NCBI GenBank assembly: GCA_010093605.1
Contig: MU004199.1
Coordinates: forward strand, 1,054,001 to 1,118,000
Direction: 5' to 3'
Origin: Lophium mytilinum
Taxonomy: Eukaryota
Length of the DNA stretch: 64,000 bases
Part shown: one piece after another, positions 1-13,246 of the stretch
How the letters are laid out: each line of letters begins with the position of its first letter
Position numbering within the stretch: position 1 is the stretch's first letter
Program-made: the position numbers and the translations under genes
Notes under the pieces: model-generated
Seen by the model: only the letters and a program-made list of their open reading frames with translations
Told to the model about the DNA's origin: nothing
Database searches by the model: none

Positions 1-1640
1 CTTTACCTAACTATATAGCGGAAGTCCTTATAAGGACTTTAGGTAGTACTATTAAATAAGGTTCTCTTATAGCTAATATTTTCTTAAAGGCTTATTAGAG
101 CTCTTATATAGTTTATTCTAATAGACCTTTATTATAGTCTAGTATTAGATAATCTAAGGAAGCGTTAGATAATAGACCCTAAGAGTAGATAGTACTCTAA
201 GAAGTAGGCTACTACTAGGGGTTATCTAATATATTCTTAACGCGGGTATAGTAATTAGAAACTATAGCTTATAGCTATCTTAGTATAGTAGCCTACTACT
301 ACTATATAGAAGAAGCTAATATAAAACTAAAGAGTTCTAGTTTCTAGTAATCTATTATATACTCTATTATAGAGGCTTAAAAGCATTAATAGCTATCTAA
401 AGAAGGCGCAAATAATAGCCCTTAATAGGTAAGCTCTAGATTATAGGCCGGGGCACTACTATAAATAATTAGAGGACCTTAAACTAGTAGCTTAATAGGT
501 TCTAGGGCAGCGGCCTGCTTAGCCTATAAGGCTAATATTAGATTAGATAGATTATAAAATATAGTGCTAAACTAAGAGAGCCTTTAGAAGAGTTCTTAAA
601 GGTTAAAGAATAATCTATTAAAATAATAATATCTATTACTAAATATAAAAGAAAGCTAAGAGTTATAGAATATTTAAGGATAAGAAAGAGTAGAAAAGAG
701 TTAATAACTATAATATAATTAAATTAAAGAGTAAGAAAAGGGTGCTAAAATAGTAGTATTAAGTTTCTTTCTTAAATACTTTTTAATATCCTATTAGAGA
801 GGAAGAATCCTTAAAAGGACTTCTCCGCCTTCTTCTTATAATTAACTTATAAGAATTTCTAATTACTATATAATTATTAGGCTCTATTAAGCTATAATAT
901 TATTCTTCTTACTATTCTACTATTAATCTTACTTTAGTAGCTAATAGAACGCGTAGTTAGTTACATAGAAGTATTAAAAGGAATAGAAAAATCCTATAGT
1001 AATATTCTAGCTAAGAGCTCTTTAGACCTATACTATTTAATTTTTATAAGAATATTTATAATAGGCGGTTATACTATAATACTAGCCTAATGCTAATTAG
1101 GGGCTATTATTAATAGTTATTATTAATTACTAATTAGGTTAATTTTTAGAAACTATTAATACGGCTTAGTATTATTATAATAATCTAAAAATTCTACTAA
1201 TTATAGAAGCTAATATCTTCTATTATTACTAAGGGTTAATTATAAGAATATAGCCTTAGCTAGCTCTATACTATTAAGTTTAAGAACCTAATAGCTCTCT
1301 AAGAAGGCCTTAAAGGCGGCTAGAACTATAACTAAGCTACTAGATATAATATTTCTAATTACATAATATAAGAATTTAGAGAATAATAGATATTAATTCT
1401 ATATAGAAATCTAGCTAGTCTATATATATATTAGAGAGGCCTATATAGGCCTTAATTATACTAGATCTATATAGAAAGGTATTTCTATAGTAGATCTATA
1501 TATTATATATATAATATCTAAATATTAACTATATATTAAGAATTCTATAGGCTTAAAAGACTAATTCCCTCTCTATATAAGCGGACCGATATAAGCTGCT
1601 AAATATACAAGCTAATGAGCTTAGGTAATTAAAGGGTATT
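1..1640. mobile_element. RIP-degraded repeat/transposon relic, family not identified, truncated by the window start
   Basis: Very AT-rich, TpA-saturated, with CpA/TpG almost absent and no ORFs. Abrupt switch to ~50% GC near 1640. Short TCTATATAGAAA-like repeats at 1395-1500. Confidence 0.85.
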
Positions 1641-1679
1641 AGCGTGGATCTCGATCTGAAGAAAGTGGCCTTTCTTTCG

Positions 1680-4600
1680 TAATTTTTGAAACATTGATTC
1701 CGTCGGCGATCACCAGGTAATGCGCAACCACAACCACGGAAACCCGTAGAGATGTTTATCTCCTACAACGACCATGACACCACTTCGGAGAGGTTTTGCT
1801 TTTATCATGAAGGAGAAGCAGGCGGACTGTAGGTAGATTGACACTCGCCGCGACTGGACAGAAGCCGAACCCATATCTCTTCAGTGTTCTGGTGTTGGTG
1901 CTGATGAGCGTCTTAGCAGCAACTGGACCCAACACTAGTCCATTGAGCACCGTCCTTCAGATTTTCGACAGGCTTATACTTCCCGGACTCATCGAATTCA
2001 TGCAAGGCCGTGTTGATGCCTTGCTAATCGTGGAACGAATCTGATGTATGCGATTTCGAGCACGTGTTTTACTCGCTTAGGGTGTCGCTTAGGTGGATTC
2101 GGCGTGGGTGAAATTGTATCAACGGTGCTCTACATCTGGCTAAACCCTCGTAGAGCTAAAGCTTCCTTTCTCAGCCATCAGGTGTTGTTGATGAACAGCT
2201 GGCATGTTTCCCAGTTTCGAGCCTCAGCCATGGAAGAGCCGTCCTCAGGCTTTAGACTTTAGATAGCAGCTTTTGCTCTAGTCCAAACTGATGCTGAGAT
2301 CGAGAATTGTGATCGCTTGACGATTCAGAAGACTCGAAAACTTTCCATAGACCGCGAGGAGACGGTAGCTGATAAGTACCGAGAGGCAGATGTCGTTCAG
2401 AAGGAGTTCTTTGAAAATATTCACCATGGATCAATCGTTTTCCGCGGGACCGATAAACACATATTCCCTTACTGACCAGCCCGTCATGAGCCATACCTGT
2501 GCTCGGTATTGAAGGCCCATTGTAGTAGCTAAGACCCCTTTTGCTCATGGATCCATTTCTTTCCCCAGACTGACGCTACGATCTCCGGACATCGTAGTAG
2601 AAAACGGGTTGTGTACCGTAGGAGATACAGTAAATCTCGTTTCACCCTGGCTTTTGTGGCGGACTGCCAGCGAGCTCTTGCTCATAAAGTCAAATCAAAC
2701 AGTACCTTTGATGTCAATGGTGATCACGCTCCTGCCTCCAAGGCTTCCGATATATTCAACGGCCCTACTTGACTGCTAGAGTGACACATTCCGACCGTTC
2801 TCCAGTTTGACAGCCGGATTTAGATCGACTGGCAACTCCAGGATCGTGTTAGATTTGGGTTCCGGCTGATGAAGTCTTCCAGAGAAGATCCAAACAGAGA
2901 CATCGCCAGAGTTTCCACATCGAGTCCTTCATCCGGGAACAGCTCATATCTTAGCGTAAATCGCATGACATAGAAGTACGTCTAGGATTATGCACACTTC
3001 TAGTTATCATACCAGTAGACAACACGGCTGACATCGTGGCGCTCAACACATCGGATACCCGTTTACTCTCGGAGCCATACAGCTCCATTTCCATTGTTTC
3101 TGCATCGATTGACAACACCATGACCATGGTTTGAGAGGGTTTCGACTCGGTCTCCCGTAAACGGCTCGTTCCACGGATGGTCCAAGCAGAGACATGAAAG
3201 TGAGGGAATTCCTGGTGTCGGGCCGGGCCATGCAAATTCTCCAGATTTGTTTCCGATTATGCATGTCGAGGGAGGCAAAGGTAAACACCCCAACAAACAT
3301 CGTTCATCTGAGTTTGAGGTTGCGGAATTGCGTGAAGGTGATAGACTCGCGCTGCTATCGTTCAATACCCAATCTTTTCTACAAACCGTTCCACTGCCAA
3401 GTCATTCAAGAGAATTCTAAGTAGAGGCACGTAGCGATTGTAGCGAGAGTTTGAACTGTTTGCAACAGCATTCAAGAATACAGGCTAATAAATTTTGGAT
3501 CGTATGCTTTGGTAGTGATCGGAGATCACGGCTCCAAGAGCTGCCACGCGAGCAGACAGGATTTCGGCACCATCCTTCTCTTCCGCTGTCAATTTTGGTG
3601 ATCCATAGAGCCATGACGACTAGAACAAGCGTATATGTCGAGTCGCGTTGTGGCCTAATCACGTCCACCAGGAAATTCTCAGCCAGACACATGGAACCGA
3701 ATATGTTTACGTTTTGCGCCGAACACCATGGTCGGCCTAGCATTGTCGTATTGGTCATTTCATATCCTTCTTGAAGGGTTCAACGGCGGCGGCGCCAGAG
3801 AACACAACTCAGACACCAATAAAGGGCGTTGAGAATCCGGTGGAGTTATTGATGACATACGAGTAGCGATTTTGCCATCCGGGAATTTACTGCGACAGCT
3901 TCGCCTTGCTCATAGATTAGAGTTCATTGTCCTTTGATCTCACCCTTATGTACCGTTCTTTCGGTTTGCGGTGAACCAGGAGGATGTATGTCTAGTGATG
4001 GTTTAGACCCCAGCAAAAGAACCCCGGAGCCATCGGTTCCCACTACAATTTTGGTTAACCGAACGAATAACCATTTCATCCTATTTATGACGATTTGGAC
4101 ACCAGCCTCCTTCTTGTGAGATTCGGAGCAAGTTTTGACATGAAACATCACACCTTCCGAGTTTCTTGGTTGAGACCGCAACTGTAACAGCACACGGAGG
4201 AAACCGAGCGAGAGACACATCTCTCCTCGGAGGATTTCATAATCTCACACCGGCTCACCTAAGCTCACTACAAAAACTCTCAGCCAGAAACATCGGACGT
4301 ATGGAATAGCGTTGTTGCTACAATTATCCATGGATTCTCTCGACGAGAAGTTCGACCCAAGAACATATCCGCGTCCCATCGCGAGTCTTCGAGATGCCAT
4401 GCAGCTATTCCAAATCTCAGCTTACTCTCACCCATAGGTGTGAAAGGTTTATTTGTTTCTCTGCGCTGCCCATCAGTGCTTTGACTGGGGAAACGCACTC
4501 AGACTCATGGGTCTGTGGAATGCTCCCTTTTGCAACGCTCGTACGTTGGCAACCTTGCGGAGCTGTGAAATCAGCCATCACCATTCGGTTTGTCTTCTCA

Positions 4601-7600
4601 TTCATTTGGGAAATGCAGAATACTCTTTTGATAGGAGTCTGCGCACACATATTTATGGGAGGCGGCTCAGTATCTTAGAAAGATCCATCCCAGGTTTAAA
4701 ATTCCATTTTATCCAAGTTGAAGCGATTCGAGCCACTGTCGATCGACCCATACCGTTGTTTGAAAGGGGTGTACTAGTACAGTGCCCTGCCATAGATGTT
4801 GGTACACTGTCGATTTGTGTGTACTATGTTGACACTGTCTGGAGGACCATTAGGAGTTTGCTAGTACTCCAAAATCCCGAACCTCCCTCGTATTCGGGAC
4901 GCTGAAAATACCCTGAGGCTCCTCAAGCAGTGGTAAAGGAGTGCACGGGATATTATGACGAGTGACTGTAGGAGGTTAAAAGTCCAGGAGCAAGGTCATG
5001 ACTGTAGTTGCTGGACCATTACTACTCTTCTGATCTAAGAGTTGCTGCGGCGTCGGAAGACCACGCTGGAGAAGCTGTGCCAGGGACATATCGGAATTGG
5101 CTCTGTGGTGCTGTAACGAAAACCGTGCAATCACTTCAGAGAATGCACAGCCAGGCATGGGTCTCGGGCAACGAAAATTTGTGCCCACAACCATGTTTCC
5201 CTTGATGAGACCACTTTAAAGAACTTCTTTCTTCTCTTCCAGACACAGGCAGCCATGGGAAGTACGAACCTACGATTTCAATTTCGAAAACGGCAGGACT
5301 ACCGCATGGCCTCCAAACACGACGCCACTTATCATACATTAGGAAGGAGTCATGTTTGATGTCATAGCTGCAGGACTGTTACAATGGCGATATGCTCCTC
5401 GATGCGCTCAGTCTAAGATGAACCCTCTCACTCATAAGAGTTTTCTCTCCGGATGAGTGATCCCTATGCAATCGTGATAGTCGAGTGCCACTCTTCCGCC
5501 CGTAAAACACGATTTGTGACCAGTATTCACTTCTGCCGGGAACCCAAATATGGAAACTTGCAGCACTTTCTTTCAATACCGCAAACAAGCGCGAGGAACT
5601 AAATGGCGGACCCGGTCTAACAATTGGTCATAGAGGAATAGTGTCCGATATCTCAGTAGACCCTGGCCAAATCCACATATGACGACACTGATCACGATTT
5701 GGGGACACCGCACAGGAGTGCCGGAGACTCACATTCTGCGGAAATAGCAGCATGATTGACCTCCGCCGGGGTTCCGCACATAAAATCGTACGGTTTCGAG
5801 TTTCAAGACGCTGGGCAAGAATTCCGGACACTAACATGCGCGCCTCCCTTCTGCATACTTTTTAATGTTGAGTCCACCAAGGAGCCGAACATGGTATGTC
5901 CCACTGTGTCTTTTTGAGTTGCCTTTGAGTTTGAAAATGCCGGATCCGAACATTGTCGGTGAATGTCCAGATTTTGACTTCCAGCAGAGACCCACACATG
6001 TGTCGTATGCCTCCGGTCTTTTGTTGGAACTCCACGGGTGCCCAAGACACTACCACGAGGATGCTTTGACATGGCCGCGATCTTTTGTTCGTTTTTATGA
6101 GTACTCTCCGCGCGCAACAGACGCATAAACATATTCGAATACCGGTGTTGGAACTGCAGGGAAGAATGCCGTACGCGGACATCCTTCTCCGGTCTTCAGT
6201 AATTGACTGTCACATCAGGACCTGGCAGAAGATGTTCACGCACATACCGTCGCATCTCTTGTAGTACCTGATATCCACCGCATGATCCGTTCGATATCTT
6301 CAAGTTGAAGATACTGCAAACGAGCGCTAGAGACGACCATGGCGGATGGCCATAAATCATTTCACTACCGTACTGAGTTCCACAAAGAACAGACGCGTCC
6401 CATGTACCAGTCTTTCGGGTTGGAGATGTTGGGAGGGAATGGCAGACAGCGACACAAGTTTCTTCACTTTCGTCTTTGACACCACCGCGAACCCTAAGCA
6501 TCATCCGAGCATGTTTTCTAAATTCAAGCAGTTCAACACCCTCTGAGGCGGCCTGGAGTGCTATCAGGCTTGCCAAAGCCATTTTTTTGAGAATAGCAAT
6601 AGCATACTGGTGGACCCCAAACAATGCTATACAAGAGTATGTAAGCACATACTTACTGTGTATGCCACTGGACAGGAATGCCAGAGACCGACATGCAGAA
6701 AATTGTTGCCGTGTTATGATCCCACCAGAGGCCAGCACATAGAGCGAACTCTGCCAACCTTTTGTACTGGAGAATTGGCACAGGAACCCCGATAGCACCA
6801 TTCCAGAAGGTGTAGGAGGTATTTTCATCCGCCGGGAACCCACACATCAGATTACCAGTTGACTCATTTTTCAAAAAAACCAGACCTGAATTCCACAGCC
6901 AACATAATTTCAGATGCGTTTACGTTGACTTTCGCCGCAGTCCACTCATAGTCCTTGTCTGATTCTCGATTGGCTGCTGAAGCTCGTTTCCGCTCTTTCC
7001 CACGGTTCGGCCACATGTGAGCCTTTTGGCGGTAGAGATGAATGTGCTCCAGAAACTCATCCACGCATCGGGGTCTGCGTCGTCTTATCGTCGAGATACA
7101 CCAGAATTCGCTTCTTCCTCTTCCACGTGGTTTCGGATCGTTCGATGACAGAATGCCGAGACCCACAGGGCAACCACCCATAGGGCATGGGGGATCCCGC
7201 TTTTTCCCAATCGTGGGAGATACCGGACAAGGTCGCTTTTCGCTCCTATGGAGGAACATGTGTGCGACGAGTTGAACAGCGACCGGGAGTTCGCGATGAA
7301 ACTCGTTCTTCGAGATTTGGTTTCGAAGACACCCCAAAGCACTCCCGGTACTCTCCATTTGCGGTTGGCAAATGAGATGAGTGTTGGGCGGTATCGACTT
7401 CCAGCCAGAGACCCACACATGAGATATTTATACTGGTTGTTTCACCAGCCTCGTAGTTCTCTCCACGGCAAGATCCATCTCTCCCTGTGGATACGATATT
7501 GATTCCCCAAGAAACCCACACATCCAACAAAACTTTTGAAGGCGTCGTTGAACACCCCAAGCACACAACACCCTCCCCATCGAAGTAAGTGGTAAAGAAA

Positions 7601-7810
7601 GTTCAACGACATCCCACCAAGTCCACATAATCTCTTGGTCTGCTCCATCTTTCGAGACACCCCAACCTCCCACCAACCTCCACATGGCATACACTCTAGG
7701 AGCGTTTTTGGCGCCACCAACGCCCACCAGACCCAGCACGCTCCACCCAGCCCATGATGGAATGAGTGATTGTTTTCGAAGACCCCCACCCTCCCACTCC
7801 CATAGCCAGT
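1680..7810 (-). repeat. Highly diverged tandem array, ~100-130 bp unit, roughly 50 units
   Basis: The minus-strand motif ATGTGTGGGTTCCCGGCGGAAGTCAATAC recurs with substitutions and indels at 7523, 7420, 6949, 6847, 6740, 6501, 6126, 5999, 5892, 5781 and 5551. Most copies are preceded by a GGGGTGTCTTCGAAA-like motif. Weaker copies continue to ~1680. Confidence 0.75.
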
Positions 7811-8728
7811 CCAATCCCCTCAAAGTCCACCGAACACTGCCCTGAAGAATCGACCTTAGACTCGGGGGACGCCATTCTCTTATACCCCAATCCCGCCGAC
7901 CTCGGAGCTCTGCACGCCCGGCTGTCGGCGAGGATGCCGACGCGGGACACGTATGGTAACAAAAAAGGTGTCATTTGGCACGGGAGGTTGAGGAAGGAAG
8001 ACAGCACAGGGAGCCAATCGGGGTCCGCGACTAGTCGAGAGACGGGCACAGAAAGAAGAAAGATGGGACATAGTAGTATCATTGATGTTACGTTGAGGGA
8101 GAACACGTGAAAAAGGGAGAACATTGACCAATTGACGAGTTCGATGCAGCAGCTGAGCTCTCCGAAAGCCGCCGACGGGCACGAGGTAAGAAATCCTGTA
8201 CTACCTACAGTGACAGACCACGAGTCTGGGCACACTGGTACGCCACTGCTTGGGGTACCCCCACAGGGTTTCGGAGACTTAAGGCCGATGTCAAGCGTCA
8301 AGCCGTGCAGATTAGACTGCCTCTTGAATAATTGCCAGCTCAGCAACCAGGCTATCCCCGACAGTGGTGTTCAGTGGGCAGGTTCGAGCCGAGTCCGTAT
8401 GCCTAGACCTGTGGCCTGGGACTGTACCGTGGAGATAGGAGTAAGTCTACCCAATCCAAGGTAACCCGTGTCGTAAATCGACCATGTGGTAACAACAGCA
8501 ACGGCTCGAAGCCCCCGAAAGAAGCCGATTCGTATTGTGAACTCACCGCTACGAAAATGCTGCCCAATCCCACGCAATCATATGCCAAAATCCCACCTCA
8601 TGACGCTGTATGTACCGCGAACGCCCTCAAATGCCACATGCGCTGCTCAAACGCTATCACAACGCTATCACACGCCGCGGAACCCGTTCCGTCAACCACT
8701 TGTCCCCCTGATTACACTCAATGGCGGA

Positions 8729-10570
8729 CTACAGCGTATCTTCCCGCCAACGACTCCTGACGCGGTCCCACCCCTCCTTCTCTTTCAAGCCTCCCTTGTT
8801 TTCCAGACCCATCCCTCTCTCCACCCACTCACGTCCGCCCATCTCACTCAGCCGGCTCAGCGCTCGCGCAAACGCAAACCGTTCTTCATCGCCCGAGAAG
8901 AGTGACGAGTTCTTCAGCATACTCATATTCATCCCCAAATCATCCATCAAGTGCCGCATGACATCACTCACGTCCTCATTATCATCGCCCTTCGGGATCG
9001 AACCATCAGACTGTCCGCCTTTCATCGCATCGTCAAGCTCGTTGTGGCTGAGGAACAGCTCCGAAAGGGGCACGGCAGTAGTGAGGACAAGCTTAGCACG
9101 TGACTCGTAGACAGCGTCAATGAAGGTGATGAAACGGCGTGCTAGATCGCGACTACGAGTGTCCATCCCCGGGACATCTGTCACGATAAAGGCTTCGTAG
9201 TGCCGCATCAGCTCGAGGTAGTCAGCTGCACCTGTGGCACGGCGAATGATTTGGTCGAAAGTGAACATGGCGGCTTTCCCGCTGGCTTTGGCGACTTCGA
9301 TGTCGCGGCCCCATACTTGGTGCACGGCGTGGTGCGGGGGGTCGTTTTCGAGATCGCCGAGAAAGCGGAACCAACGCTCGGCGTGCGTTTTCGCGGCGGC
9401 GTTGAGGGGGTGGTGGTATACGCCTGAGGGCGGGCGTGGGATGCGGCGGTAGTCGGTTTCCGAGTCAAGGTTTAGGACTTGAAGGCGGGATTTGAGTAAG
9501 TTGATTGCGGGGATGAAGCTCTCGCGTTGGATGCCGTTTTTGTAGAGGTCGTCGGGGTGTCGGTTGGAAGTTGTTACTAGAACGACGCCGTGTGACATGA
9601 GGGATTCGATGAGGCTGGGGTATTTAGTGTCTATCCCTAATTCGACCAATACGACGAAGAGTTTTGGAAAGTAAAATGTGAGAAATTGATAGCGTACCGT
9701 CTCAATATCATGGCATCCGCGACGTCCGTACATTGAAATTCATCAAAACATAGCACGCTGCTCTTGCTAGCAATATCCGCTGCGACAAATGGGATCGCGT
9801 CAAACTCGTTTCCATACTTCATGTGAACTTTATGCACTTCCTTGTGGACACCCTGCATGAAGTTGAGAAAGTGTATCCTTGTTTTTGCCTTGATGTTTGG
9901 AGGTAGAGTGTCATAGAACAAGTCCATGAGCATAGTCTTTCCACTCCCAACATCACCGTACATGTATAGGCCTTTTGGTAGGAGGCTTGATATAGGTGGG
10001 AGTTTTATTTGGGGCGAAGAGGAGGAGAATATGGAGAAGAACGACTTCTTCGGTTTGAGGGACTCGACGGTTGGTTGGACGACTTCGGGGGGGCTGTATT
10101 TGGAGAGCATCTCGTGGAGGTCTTCGAGGTTTTGTACGATCCCTGAAAGACTGTATCAGTTCTAGTGTCCTATACTGTGCATGCATAAAAGCAAGGCATA
10201 CCTCGTTGGTGCTCATCTTCCTTCAGCCGTCCAGACTCGACACGGTCATTGTATTCAGCCACGGGTCCCCATGACTTGGTGTTTCCTTAAATATACTCCG
10301 TGAGACGCTTTCTTATAATCTGACATCCACAATACACGTACTCTGCAGTGACGTTGCGAGCCCCCTCCATGCATTGGGGGCAAACACCACCGGAAGCGTC
10401 CTCCTTCGCAAGCCACCTCTAGGTACAATGGAAGCCCAGCGACGGGTCCCTGGGCGTGAAACTCTCAAACAACTCGAACATAGTGTCCTTCGACCCTCGT
10501 AGGTCCTTTGCGATCGGTGGGCGGCTCGTAGCAGGAGCCGGAAGCCTTGGAGAGCGTCGGTCGAGCGCAT
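8729..10570 (-). CDS. AFG1: AFG1/LACE1/ZapE-family mitochondrial ATPase (multi-exon)
   Basis: KGLYMYGDVGSGKT Walker A, LCFDEFQ Walker B, TSNRHPDDLY and RRFITFIDAVYE family motifs. Arg-rich presequence-like N-terminus. Confidence 0.95.
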
Positions 10571-11780
10571 GGTGGGGGCGGCTGAAGTGCAAAAGAACGG
10601 GGAGAGGTTCGAAGATCGCTACGAGGGTACCATGACACAAAAACCAAATTGTGAGGCAAAACGATGCATGCAATTATTTACAGGATGCGACGACGTGGTG
10701 GTGACTTCGGGGTGAAATCTTGCGGGAGCGAGTTCTTCGGCACCATCCCTCGGCTTTTGGTCCCGCTTCGCGCTGATTGGGTGGGGCATCCTTCACTGCC
10801 GTGCCCTTCACATCTGTGTAGGTACTCCACACAAAATCCATCGGCGGGTCAGGTACGGCGTTTCGAAGACCTGGTTCGGAAGGCGTATGGAAGCGGAGAG
10901 AAGTGCGAGCCCGGAGCGCAGAAGGTGTCATACCGGCCCGTCATGGGTGTCTTTGCCAGGATATCTGACCTGCTTTTCTGACGACTCGCGGATGGCACTC
11001 TCAAATTGCTTCAAACAGGCCCATTTATTCTAAACGATACATGCCATGATCAGCTGTGGAATAGGAATAAACCACTAACTCAGACCGCATTCAGCTGTCA
11101 GAATTGCACATGACTTGCAAAGAGTAATCCATTCCCACGCATATCAGCGCATGGAGGTCAGGAGGATGGACTATGTTCGCATGTGAAAATGCCTCGTGTA
11201 TATTGCCCCCTACATTCATCGCACGGGTGGTGGAGAGACATGCGTGGGTACACTCCACAGGCTGCTGTATATTATTCAGCGCAGAAAGGAAAAAAGAAAA
11301 CAACATCACGCTGCAGAGAAGATCTCCACCTGCCGCCAGACCGACAACCTAGAATAGAACCCCACGTGGTCCCCGCTTTCACGCAGGCGGCGGTGCTTCT
11401 TTTGACCTCGCAAGATGGTGAAGAGCCTCATGGCACCGGAGCCCGTGAAGACGTGACGGCCTGGGACGCTGCCAGCCCTCTTGACATCATCTGTCGCGAT
11501 GCCTCGGCCGTTGTCCGAGACCTTAATCAGCTTGACGCCTTTAAATGGGCCCTTTAGTCCTCAGCACTTGGGCCAAACAGACGCCAGACTACTCTGACTA
11601 CAACTTCTTCCCTTACCCCATTACCCCATTACCCCGTCTTTTACGTTTGCGTTCCTTTCCGCCGGTACCTACGAAACCTGGCCAGCTTCAGACACGCCAT
11701 CTAGCGCCATTTGATCCGACTTACGTCGGCACGGGACGAGCGTAAGTTTGTACGCTCGCCTTGGCAGGGTACAAAACACA

Positions 11781-13246
11781 ATGGCGCAGCACGCCTATCA
11801 GACCGGCTCATCCCCATTCACCTCCTCTGACTCCCCTAAACTTCGACTCTCCCAGCTCTCCGACCAGCTATCCCCAATGGCCTCCACACACTTCGACGCC
11901 GATGTCGTCCCCCAAGCCCCCGAAGACCCCCTCTTTGGGTTGATGGCCGCTTACCGCAACGACACCTTCGACAAGAAGGTTGATCTCGGTATTGGAGCTT
12001 ACAGAGACAACAATGCGAAGCCGTGGGTCCTGCCCGTCGTCAAGAAGGTGCGTTGGAGCTTGCTTCAGCTCGAGCGAGCTTGCTGAGCTGCTCTCATACA
12101 TTTATGCTGACAGGTCTTGACGTCAGGCCGAAGAGGTGCTTCGGAACGACCCCGACTTCAACCACGAATACCTCCCCATTGCCGGCCTAGCGAACTTCAC
12201 AAGTGCATCGCAGAAGCTGGTGTTGGGTGCAGATAGCCCCGCAATCAAGGAGAAACGGGTGAGTCTGCCGCTTGATCCGCATGGCGGCCGGAGCTGATAG
12301 TGTGATTCCCCAGGTTACCACCGTCCAGACCATCTCCGGAACAGGTGCTGTGCACCTCGGAGCCCTCTTCCTCTCCAAATTCTATCCCGGCCGTAGCGTC
12401 TACTTCTCGGATCCAACATGGGTCAACCACCACCAGATATTCACCAATGTCCACATCAAAATCGCCACGTACCCATACTTCTCAGCCAAGACCAAGGGTC
12501 TCGACTTCGAGGGAATGCTAGACACAATTGGCAAGGCCGCAGAGGGTAGCATAGTTCTCCTCCACTCGTGTGCACACAACCCCACAGGAGTAGACCCTAC
12601 ACAAGAGCAATGGAAAGAGATTAGCAAGGTGATGAAAGAGAAGAAGCTCTTCCCCTTCTTCGATTCCGCATATCAAGGATTTGCCTCTGGCGATCTCAAC
12701 AAGGACGCATGGGCGATTCGATACTTTATCGAGCAGGGTTTCGAGCTCTGCATTGCCCAGAGTTACTCCAAGAACTTGGGTCTCTACGGAGAGCGTGCCG
12801 GCTGCTTCCATTTCGTGACAGGTGCATCCTCGGATGCTGAGTCAACAATTTCCCGCATTGCCTCCCAGCTCGCAATCCTTCAGCGCTCGGAAATCAGCAA
12901 CCCTCCCGCCTATGGTGCGCGCGTCGCATCGGCTGTCCTAAATGACGAGGCTCTTTTCGCGCAATGGGAAGAAGATCTCCGTACCATGTCCGGTCGCATC
13001 ATCGAGATGCGAGATGTCCTGCGAAGTAAGCTCGATGAGATGGGCACCCCGGGAACCTGGAATCACATCACGGACCAGATTGGCATGTTCAGCTACACCG
13101 GCCTTACGGAGAAGCAAGTCTTGAAGATCCGCGAGGCTGCTCACGTCTACATGACCAAGAACGGCCGAATTTCGATGGCTGGACTAAACACCAACAACAT
13201 CGACTACTTTGCCAAGGCGGTTGACAAGGTTGTCAGAGAGACTTAG
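11781..13246 (+). CDS. AAT2: Aspartate aminotransferase, cytosolic type (2 introns), with a possible PTS2 N-terminal extension
   Basis: KVDLGIGAYRD, HNPTGVDP, FDSAYQGFASG, PLP-lysine motif SYSKNLGLYGERAG, and GRISMAGL. Confidence 0.96.

Noticed and set aside
5520..7420. Kinase-like CGTP/DVW motifs and a viral L-protein-like YGHP in short ORFs
   Set aside because: They are translations of the repeat motif in different frames; no other kinase or RdRp motifs were found in order.
1680..7810. CRISPR array interpretation of the periodic motif
   Set aside because: Eukaryotic context and no cas genes. Repeats are far from identical, and similarity extends across most of the unit.
5520..7810. Array as 5S rRNA/tRNA copies or as a micro-exon gene
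   Set aside because: No recognisable 5S sequence, cloverleaf or A/B boxes. Donor-like GTGAGT and acceptor-like AG sites are not consistent between units.
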